The notes below the pieces were generated by a model, which made no database searches, was not told the origin of the DNA, and was given only the letters and a program-made list of their open reading frames with translations. A program made the position numbers and the translations under genes. This document shows positions 56,955-64,000 of a stretch of 64,000 bases of DNA, in pieces. Source of the stretch: a candidate division FCPU426 bacterium (GTDB lineage Bacteria > Oederibacteriota > JAAXVQ01 > JAUVAV01); assembly GCA_030591525.1 (NCBI GenBank), contig JAUVAV010000003.1, positions 17,582-81,581 on the forward strand, given 5' to 3'. How positions within the stretch are numbered: the first letter of the stretch is position 1; every line of letters starts with the position of its first letter.

Positions 56955-57128
56955 ATGGACAAGCAAAAGGTACTTGAGGTTTTCAAGAAATTTAGCCTTG
57001 AAACAGAAGGAAAAAGAAAAGATTTATTAAAGTACTACAATGATAAAGATAAAGAAAAGTTGTCGACTATTAGCTTTGAAGTGAAGTGTTCGACAAGACC
57101 TGAAGAGGAGGGCGAAAAAGATGCCTAA
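56955..57128 (+). CDS. 57-aa charged micro-ORF coupled to the SDH protease
   Basis: MDKQKVLEVFKKFSLE...EEGEKDA*. It follows GAGG, overlaps the downstream ATG (57121) by 8 nt and is below the ORF-track cutoff. Confidence 0.5.
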   Translation: MDKQKVLEVFKKFSLETEGKRKDLLKYYNDKDKEKLSTISFEVKCSTRPEEEGEKDA

Positions 57129-58041
57129 TTGGCAGGAGATACTGAATGAGTTAAATGGATATAAAGTTTCTGCAAACACTGCCTATGATATTGTTCGAAG
57201 AAAATATTTGGAGGAATTAAATCGACTTACAAACCGCAACATAATTCTATATTATTCTGGATGGCTGCAAAAATCAGATGTGCCGATGCCGATTATGGCA
57301 ATAAACGATGAAGATAAAAATGGTTTTATGACAGTTATCAATAATCTTGATAAATCAAAAGGATTAGATTTAATACTACATACACCTGGTGGTGAAATAG
57401 CTGCAACTGAATCATTGGTTAATTATCTCAGAGCATGTTTTGGGACAGACATCCGCGCGATAATACCACAGATTGCCATGTCTGCGGGTACTATGATTGC
57501 ATGTTCATGCAAAGAAATCATAATGGGTAAACAATCAAGTCTTGGACCATTTGATCCTCAATTTCAAGGATTACCAACGCATGGAATATTGGAAGAGTTT
57601 AGGAGAGCACATCAAGAAATATCTGTCGATTCATCAAAAATACCGGTATGGCAACCAATTATTGCAAAATATCATCCGACTCTAATAGGCGAGTGTGAAA
57701 AAGCGATTCAATGGTCAATAGAAATGCTTAAAGAGTGGCTTAAAACAGGAATGTTTAAGGGTCGTGAAAGTATTGATGAAGTGCTTAATAAAGTGATTTT
57801 AGAGCTTGGAGATCATGCTTTAACTAAATCTCACGCAAGACATCTTGATAAAGAATACTGTAGAAATGCTGGTCTGAATATTGTGGATTTGGAAGCCGAT
57901 CAGGGAATTCAGGATGCTATTTTATCGGTTCATCACGCTTGTATGCATACACTGTCAGCAACACCAGCAATAAAAATAATAGAAAATCAGAATGGAATTG
58001 CATTTATTAAGCAGGTAAAACAAGTACTGGTTCAGCAGTAA
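57121..58041 (+). CDS. SDH family Clp-fold serine proteinase (PF01972-like)
   Basis: LDLILHTPGG, AMSAGTMIA (nucleophile Ser), LGPFDPQ and a SH-containing C-terminal segment. Confidence 0.85.
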   Translation: MPNWQEILNELNGYKVSANTAYDIVRRKYLEELNRLTNRNIILYYSGWLQKSDVPMPIMAINDEDKNGFMTVINNLDKSKGLDLILHTPGGEIAATESLVNYLRACFGTDIRAIIPQIAMSAGTMIACSCKEIIMGKQSSLGPFDPQFQGLPTHGILEEFRRAHQEISVDSSKIPVWQPIIAKYHPTLIGECEKAIQWSIEMLKEWLKTGMFKGRESIDEVLNKVILELGDHALTKSHARHLDKEYCRNAGLNIVDLEADQGIQDAILSVHHACMHTLSATPAIKIIENQNGIAFIKQVKQVLVQQ

Positions 58042-58065
58042 AAAAATATAATATTTGGTGAAAAC

Positions 58066-59100
58066 ATGAAAATATTTTTAGCTCCTCGATCAAACGAAAC
58101 ATCCTACAAGGATTTTCTCAGCACTATAGAAAATGGTCTTGATTATTCCATTGTAGAACCCTATTTGCCCGCGGAAGGTAAAACCAAATTAAGCAGAGAT
58201 AAGCGTCTATTCGGTTGGGGATGCAAGGAAACAAAAAAATCCACATGGGATAAGATGGATGAAGGTGATTGGGTATTTTTTTATAAAGGACGCGAAGAAA
58301 AAGAAGTTGAGGGAAAGTTGGTATATGCAGGTCGTCTACTTTACAAACAGCATAGCAAGGAACTAAGCTTAGCGTTATGGCCACCAAAACCAGGAGAAGA
58401 ACCTTGGTCTTGCGTGTTCTTTTTAAATGAATTGAAACAAACAAATATTCCGATATCAGAAATTGCAAAACTAAGTGGATACAGCAAGAATTTCATTGTT
58501 CAAGGAATGATGCCACTAAATGAAAAAGGGCTGGAAAATATTCTTGAGAAATATGAGAATGTTGAAAAGTTTATTTCAGAGTTTTCTGAAGATGTTGAAG
58601 AAGCTGAAAGCGATTTAGAGGAATCAAATGAGATATCTGCGCATGAAGAGGCTGAGCTTCTGTTGTTGAAAATAGGCAGATTGTTAGGTTATGACACTTA
58701 TACACCTGACAAGAATAAGCAAGCGTATGGAGAGTTGTTATCTGATTATGTAAATATTGATAAAATTCCCACTCGTTTTTTAGGTCCAGATATTGAAAAG
58801 ATAGTTAGAGAAATTGATGTCATTTGGTTTGAAGATGAGGTTCCAAAGTATGCATTTGAAGTTGAGCATACCACGAAATTCGGGTCTGGTTTCCAGAGAT
58901 TGTGTCAGCTCGTTCCTTTGAATGCAAAGCTATTTATAGTATCCTCAGCGAAAAACTCTTATCTTTTTGATAAATTTATATCAACAGACCCTTACTATAA
59001 ATACAGCAGTAATTTTAAGTTCAAAGATTATAAGAAGGTCGAGAAATATTTCTCGGCGGTTTCAGAGTTCTCTGCTATTAAAGATGCTTTTTTAAAATAA
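58066..59100 (+). CDS. EVE/PUA-like domain fused to a PD-(D/E)xK-like nuclease; candidate modification-dependent restriction enzyme
   Basis: N-terminal FGWG...WDKMDEGDWVFFY...YAGR, an acidic linker, and C-terminal EIDVIWF...AFEVEHTT. Confidence 0.55.
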   Translation: MKIFLAPRSNETSYKDFLSTIENGLDYSIVEPYLPAEGKTKLSRDKRLFGWGCKETKKSTWDKMDEGDWVFFYKGREEKEVEGKLVYAGRLLYKQHSKELSLALWPPKPGEEPWSCVFFLNELKQTNIPISEIAKLSGYSKNFIVQGMMPLNEKGLENILEKYENVEKFISEFSEDVEEAESDLEESNEISAHEEAELLLLKIGRLLGYDTYTPDKNKQAYGELLSDYVNIDKIPTRFLGPDIEKIVREIDVIWFEDEVPKYAFEVEHTTKFGSGFQRLCQLVPLNAKLFIVSSAKNSYLFDKFISTDPYYKYSSNFKFKDYKKVEKYFSAVSEFSAIKDAFLK

Positions 59101-59280
59101 TTTTATGGGTGCCTATGGGCACCTATTATTGATTGACACCAGGTCAGCTTTTTTATCGGTCTCAATGCAGCCTCAACCGCCCTATTTTTAGTCATTGACA
59201 CACTATTTCGGATTTTGTTAAACTTTTTTGAAAAACAATTTCTTATCATCTTAGATATGGTCTTATTTAGGGAGTGTCAG

Positions 59281-61125
59281 GTGAACTTTTCTCGTAAATT
59301 TTTTTTCATGCCATTAATCGGATTGCTGGCTTTCCCGGGTTCATCCGCCGCTTTGTGGCAAATAACCACTGTCGGTGATGAGAGTGACGATTTCCTTTCC
59401 GTGGCAGTGGGCCAGGGCCGCAATAACACCATTAACGCGGTCTATGGTGGAAATAAAAATAATTTCGCTTATGAGTACATTTGGAACGGCGGTAGTTGGA
59501 ACCGTTTCGTTTTGACAGGAAATCATGATGATATTTTTGGCGTAGCAGTCGGTGATGCCCGGAATAACGGCGAATCGCGGGTCATGGCCGCCTGCAAGGA
59601 TAATGACCTGTATGAGTATTTTCATAACGGCACTTCCTGGAGCGAAACGAGCGCGGGCACGACCAATGATGAGATCAAGGCCGTGACAATTGGGAACGGC
59701 TGGAATGACGGCGTACAACGAGTCTATGCTGGAAACAAGAGCGGCGCTGTCGATGAATTCTTTTGGTCCAGCGGCTGGTCGCATACTTCGATTGTCACCA
59801 TGACCGATGAAGTGCATACCGTAGCTGTGGGGCCGGGGCGTAACGGCGACGGGGATAACTATTTATACAGCGGGCGCAAGGGCGGTATGTTGCGGGAATA
59901 TCATTACAACGGATTGAGCTGGGCGGCAACCGGCATGTCGATCAATTGCGGGGGAGACGTCTGGTCCATTGCAGTGGGCGCGGCTCAAGAGGGATCAGCC
60001 AATACATACCTATATGTCGGCGATGCGGACGGGGAAATCTACGAACAATACTACAACGGGACCAGTTGGGAAGCGGCAACCATGATCGCCAGCGGGCTGG
60101 ATCGGGTGCTGGGGCTTGCCATTGGCGACGGCCGCAACGACGGAGTCACACGCTTATATGCCGCCACCCGGGCCGATCACGTTTACGAACTGACCTGGCT
60201 GGGAGCGGCCTGGAGCGCGCCCCTGGATATCGGGAGCCCGTCACCCAATGATTTGTTTACAGTGGCCGTGGGGGCGGGCCGCAACGGCAGCGCGGAAAAC
60301 CAGGTTTACGTGGGTTCGGCGGACACCCTGCTCTACGAATACAAGTGGCTGAGTCCCACGCCGACCATCACCCCGACGGTCGCAGGCACGCCGACCGTGA
60401 CGCCGACTGCTACCGTGACGCCGACTGCTACCATGACGCCGACTGCTACCGTGACGCCGACCGTGACGCCGACTGCTACTGTGACGCTGACTGCTACTGT
60501 GACGCCGACCGTGACGTCGACTGCTACCATGACGCCGACTGCTACCGTGACGCCGACTGCTAGCGTGACGCTGACTGCTACCGTGACGCCCACCGTGACG
60601 CAGACCTACACGATCACTCTGACGTCCACGATAACGCCCACGCGCACGCATACGCCGCCCTATACGCCCACGCCTACGTTCACGATCACGCTTACTTCCA
60701 CGATTACCCCGACCTACACGGTTTCGCTGACCAGCACCATTACCCAGACCGCGACCATTTCGCCGACTCCGCCGCCCACGCGCACGGTGACTCCCACGCC
60801 CACAATCACGCAAACCTCCACCATTTCACCCACACACCTGCCGGTTACCGACGTCTCCCAAGTCCTGGTTTACCCCAATCCGTACCGGGGCATCAGCACT
60901 GCGCTGCCTAGGGTGACGTTTACCAATCTACCTCCTCAGGTGAAGATCCGTATTTACGACTTGACCGGAAAATTGGTCAGGGTGATCAAGAAGGATGATC
61001 CCGGCACGTCAGCTGTATGGGACCTGCAGAACCGGAGGGGGGCAAACGCGGCTTCGGGAACCTACATCTATATTGTGGAAGGGCAGGGCGGGGAAAAACG
61101 GGGCAAGATTGTATTGTTGCGTTAG
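59281..61125 (+). CDS. Secreted 7-bladed beta-propeller with Thr/Pro-rich linker and T9SS-type-A-like C-terminal domain
   Basis: GTG start 59281 after AGGGAG, signal peptide, seven (A/T)VAVG.GRN.G...VY.G repeats, TPTATV repeats, tail VYPNPY...IRIYDLTGKLVR...GTYIY...KIVLLR. Confidence 0.8.
   Translation: MNFSRKFFFMPLIGLLAFPGSSAALWQITTVGDESDDFLSVAVGQGRNNTINAVYGGNKNNFAYEYIWNGGSWNRFVLTGNHDDIFGVAVGDARNNGESRVMAACKDNDLYEYFHNGTSWSETSAGTTNDEIKAVTIGNGWNDGVQRVYAGNKSGAVDEFFWSSGWSHTSIVTMTDEVHTVAVGPGRNGDGDNYLYSGRKGGMLREYHYNGLSWAATGMSINCGGDVWSIAVGAAQEGSANTYLYVGDADGEIYEQYYNGTSWEAATMIASGLDRVLGLAIGDGRNDGVTRLYAATRADHVYELTWLGAAWSAPLDIGSPSPNDLFTVAVGAGRNGSAENQVYVGSADTLLYEYKWLSPTPTITPTVAGTPTVTPTATVTPTATMTPTATVTPTVTPTATVTLTATVTPTVTSTATMTPTATVTPTASVTLTATVTPTVTQTYTITLTSTITPTRTHTPPYTPTPTFTITLTSTITPTYTVSLTSTITQTATISPTPPPTRTVTPTPTITQTSTISPTHLPVTDVSQVLVYPNPYRGISTALPRVTFTNLPPQVKIRIYDLTGKLVRVIKKDDPGTSAVWDLQNRRGANAASGTYIYIVEGQGGEKRGKIVLLR
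60355..60830 (+). repeat. Thr/Pro-rich low-complexity coding repeat (18-bp ACGCCGACTGCTACCGTG units)
   Basis: Tandem TPTATV-type units, most regular at ~60385-60600. Confidence 0.9.
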
Positions 61126-61176
61126 CAGCCTGGCACCTATTACACCTATTTCCGGTGTTGCCATAAGGCGAATAGT

Positions 61177-62013
61177 ATGCTGTCGAAATCTTTCATTCAC
61201 ATAAATGGAATAGGTCCCCGCAAAGAACGATTACTTTGGGAGTGTGGGGCCACGTCATGGGATACCTTGCTGTTTTCTGAAGCGGCCATTTCTCTTCCGA
61301 AATCAATTAATAAACCAATTCACGAACCCCTGCAGGAATCAGTAGCTTCCTTGGAACGTCATGACGGCGGATTTTTTGAGGAACGCATGCCAGCATGTGA
61401 AATGTGGCGGCTCTACCCTGAGTTCAAGGAGAGAACGGTTTTTCTGGATATAGAAACGACCGGTTTATCTCCGGGAGCTGACGCAATTACGGTCATCTCA
61501 CTTTTTGACAGCAAGGGAGTCCGTGCCCTGGTTAAGGGCCAAGACCTGGCTGAGTTTCCACGGATTATCTCGCAATATTCCCTGCTGGTAACCTACAATG
61601 GGAAATGTTTTGATTTGCCCTTTTTGCATGCGCATTTTCCCCATTTTCAGAAGAAGTACGCACACCTCGATCTTCGATATCCGCTTGCTCGTCTCGGACT
61701 TAGAGGGGGGCTTAAGGGAGTTGAACGAAAAGTTAGTATTCAACGTGAAGGTGCGTTGTCTCTCGTGGACGGTTTCATGGCAGTCGCGCTCTGGAAAGAG
61801 CATCGAAAAGGGAACCGGCAAGCGCTGGATACTTTGAGGCGTTATGCCCTCGAAGATGTGGTTAATTTGAAACCTTTGTTGGAGTTGGTCTACAACCGCA
61901 ATATCAAAAAAATGCCCATCCGGATTGAGGAAATCCAGCCGGAACCATTACCCCGAATTGATATTCCTTATGACGCGGAACTTATCCAGCGGTTGGCGAG
62001 AGAATGGATATAA
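61177..62013 (+). CDS. RNase H-like (DEDD) exonuclease domain protein
   Basis: FLDIETTGL, TYNGKCFDLPFL, HLDL and YALEDV. Confidence 0.8.
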   Translation: MLSKSFIHINGIGPRKERLLWECGATSWDTLLFSEAAISLPKSINKPIHEPLQESVASLERHDGGFFEERMPACEMWRLYPEFKERTVFLDIETTGLSPGADAITVISLFDSKGVRALVKGQDLAEFPRIISQYSLLVTYNGKCFDLPFLHAHFPHFQKKYAHLDLRYPLARLGLRGGLKGVERKVSIQREGALSLVDGFMAVALWKEHRKGNRQALDTLRRYALEDVVNLKPLLELVYNRNIKKMPIRIEEIQPEPLPRIDIPYDAELIQRLAREWI

Positions 62014-62022
62014 GCCTGTGGA

Positions 62023-62075
62023 ATCAGGAGACACTATACAAAATTGCTGGAATCCAGTAAGATATCCCTGGAATT
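62023..62075 (+). repeat. 53-bp dispersed repeat, copy 2
   Basis: ATCAGGAGACACTATACAAAATTGCTGGAATCCAGTAAGATATCCCTGGAATT; same orientation as 56829-56881. Confidence 0.7.
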
Positions 62076-62161
62076 AAGGCAAAGGCCGGGCCAAGCGTAT
62101 TAACCAACTATGACGGTCTTTTCAGATTCTTTTTTGCTGGCAGTCGGTTCTTCGATCGTAA

Positions 62162-62479
62162 TCATTGCCCGAAAAACATATTCTGGTTTTTTTGCGCTGG
62201 CCGGGGTAATTCAGCAATCGCTTTTTGAATAGTCATAAGTCGTTGGTTTAATCCGTTTGCCATTTGATTAAAAGCATCCTCTACATCATGAAATTCATCC
62301 GAAGCTCGAAGTTTCATGGTTACAGTGAGATCGCCGTTACCAATTTTGTGCAGTACGCGTTTCAGATTAAAAATCGGGCCGGCAATTTTATGGGAATAGA
62401 GGAGGCCGAAAATCAGCATAAAGATTATTCCCGGCAGGGTCGTAATAAGAAGAGGTAACCAAAGCGCTTGCAAAATCAA
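62162..62479 (-). pseudogene. TM + HAMP domain fragment
   Basis: SHKIAGPIFNLKRVLHKIGNGDL...RASDEFHDVEDAFNQM is HAMP-like. No convincing start or RBS, and the 3' end runs through an A7 tract. Confidence 0.5.
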
Positions 62480-62578
62480 AGGGAAATTCAGTTTGCCGGA
62501 TTTGCATAAAAAATGTTGGGAGGGGTGAAGTGCTATTTCGCTCGGGACCAGCGGCTCATCCCCTCAGGAGAAGAATCA

Positions 62579-63700
62579 ATGAACGAAATTGCCCATATCA
62601 AGACTACTAAGCTGGCCATTAAAATTGCGAACCAAATTATAGGTCCCTGCTTTACCGGTCAGAAAGCGGCGCTGCTGGCCGCCGCCAGCGCCGATCCGGA
62701 CCATTTCCAGGACGTGGAATTTGTGCATGTCAAAGGAGGCCGGGATAACCCGCATCAAAGAGAATGGCTGGCGGTTGATGATAAGGCGCATTTTAGATCA
62801 GGGGGGATAAATCTTACAGCCTTTAATCACTATATTGACATTAAAAAGGGACCCGGTATATTTGATGATTATGACGGGTACAGTTATTACAGAGGGTCAG
62901 CGCATAAAGGGCAGTATCAAAAGGCCAGTCAGCTTACGCAGGGTTGGGCGTATATTAGCGCCAAGCTCATGGGATGGAAAGTCGATGAAGGTATAAGTTA
63001 CTGGTTAAATGATGAGTATGTTCACACGGCCGGCCGTCAATGGTACAAAGATTGTTCTCCAGCTTTAAAAAATTATTCCTATCCTCACGACCAAGGAGTT
63101 TATGCCAATAAGCAAGCAGAGTTGGCAGCCAGATTTCCCCTGGCCGGACGCCGGGGAAAACCAGGGCATGGTTTTCCCTACAGTGTTTTCATGCCGGTGG
63201 ATAACCTGGCGCGCTATTGGTTTGAGCAGTTCCGGAAATCCGGCCAAAAGCGGTGGGAATACTTAGGTCCGGTCATGCATGCCATTCAGGATGCCGGCAT
63301 CCCTCATCATGCCGCGGGGTATAGCGGCAATTGGCATGTGGAGTATGAAAAAGCGCTGGACAAACATATTAAAAGCGTGTACCGGGAACCGGATTTTCAT
63401 TTACAAGTAAAAAAACTAACAGAGAAGTGGTATCGAGAAGACCCGCGTCCGCCGTCAGGTAGACTGCGCTTGAGAGATCGGGGAAGAAAGCCGGCTATAA
63501 ATTGGGAAATCCGGCAGTTGATCACTTGGCTGGCTTTGCATGCTTATCACGCTTATGCGAAGGATTACAACCATTTTAGCAAGGGTTTTAAACCTAATAA
63601 CCAAAGCCTGGGACGGCTGTATATACTGGCTGCGGCCATGAGTGGGTTGGTGCTGTTAAAAGCCGTAACCAAGCATACACCTGGGAGCCTGAGCAATTAG
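62579..63700 (+). CDS. Zinc-dependent phospholipase C / S1-P1 nuclease fold protein
   Basis: N-terminal His, ADPD, NHY.D, HAIQDAGIPHH and HVEYE zinc-ligand pattern; ATG 62579 after AGGAG. Confidence 0.75.
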   Translation: MNEIAHIKTTKLAIKIANQIIGPCFTGQKAALLAAASADPDHFQDVEFVHVKGGRDNPHQREWLAVDDKAHFRSGGINLTAFNHYIDIKKGPGIFDDYDGYSYYRGSAHKGQYQKASQLTQGWAYISAKLMGWKVDEGISYWLNDEYVHTAGRQWYKDCSPALKNYSYPHDQGVYANKQAELAARFPLAGRRGKPGHGFPYSVFMPVDNLARYWFEQFRKSGQKRWEYLGPVMHAIQDAGIPHHAAGYSGNWHVEYEKALDKHIKSVYREPDFHLQVKKLTEKWYREDPRPPSGRLRLRDRGRKPAINWEIRQLITWLALHAYHAYAKDYNHFSKGFKPNNQSLGRLYILAAAMSGLVLLKAVTKHTPGSLSN

Positions 63701-63810
63701 TTGCTCAGGCTCCAGAGCATTTGAGGGTAGATAGTAGAAATTAGATAAAATATCTCAAATGCGGTCTACTATCTACTCTCAAAAAACCGACTAATTGCTT
63801 AGCCTCCTAG
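63681..63810 (-). mobile_element. Structured intergenic element, copy C (inverted)
   Basis: Reverse complement of copies A/B; contains the TAG stop codon of the upstream ORF. Confidence 0.85.
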
Positions 63811-63831
63811 GAAATAAAACAAAAAGAAAGT

Positions 63832-63860
63832 TTGACAAAAATTAGCCTTTGTGATAATTT
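63832..63860 (+). promoter_or_regulatory. Sigma70-type promoter for the cold-shock gene
   Basis: TTGACA-17 nt-TAATTT with an extended -10 TG. Confidence 0.6.
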
Positions 63861-63924
63861 TAATCTCTCATTTTGGTTGGTAAAACCGAAAGAGGGTATT
63901 TTAAAATTTGAAGGAGAAATATTT

Positions 63925-64000
63925 ATGTCAGTTCAAGGTAAGACGAAGTGGTTCAACGGATCAAAGGGATTTGGATTTTTGGAACAGGAAGATGGCGGGA
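63925..64000 (+). CDS. Cold-shock protein (CspA family), 3'-truncated by the window end
   Basis: AAGGAG RBS; MSVQGKTKWFNGSKGFGFLEQEDGG (KWFN and RNP1 KGFGF). Confidence 0.9.
   Translation, partial: MSVQGKTKWFNGSKGFGFLEQEDGG

Noticed and set aside
60241-60813. Antisense and alternate-frame ORFs with RRHGSS or DADCY repeats
   Set aside because: By-products of the 18-bp Thr/Pro repeat in the propeller gene.

Overview
Chromosomal window from a diderm bacterium (TonB-dependent receptors, an outer-membrane beta-barrel). The giant gene and the Thr/Pro-linker secreted protein suggest an uncultured candidate-phylum lineage, but this is inference only. Left to right: (1) a 5'-truncated giant ORF (>5,280 aa; frame open from nt 3) with duplicated CPBP-like intramembrane protease modules, two GHKL ATPase-like modules, HExxH motifs, an EarP-like glycosyltransferase region and six 90-aa tandem repeats; (2) a convergent array of four paralogous TonB-dependent receptors alternating with periplasmic binding proteins (two intact, one internally deleted); (3) an OMP, guaB, guaA, yjbQ and dnaE; (4) a 7.37-kb type I restriction-modification island inserted at the dnaE stop codon, bounded by a perfect 21-bp direct repeat, with no integrase but many REP-type palindromes, HUH-transposase remnants, a HEPN-like cassette and collapsed genes; (5) a TPR/transglutaminase protein, an O-antigen-ligase/TPR protein, yifB, parA-parB-M23-bactofilin, gltX, tRNA-Gln(CTG) and tRNA-Glu(CTC); (6) an accessory block (micro-ORF, SDH Clp-fold protease, EVE-like/PD-(D/E)xK nuclease, beta-propeller with a T9SS-like tail, DEDD nuclease), a Zn-PLC-family gene and the start of a cold-shock gene. 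A 130-155-bp structured intergenic element with covarying stems occurs four times. No homology searches were run; family calls rest on motifs read from the translations.
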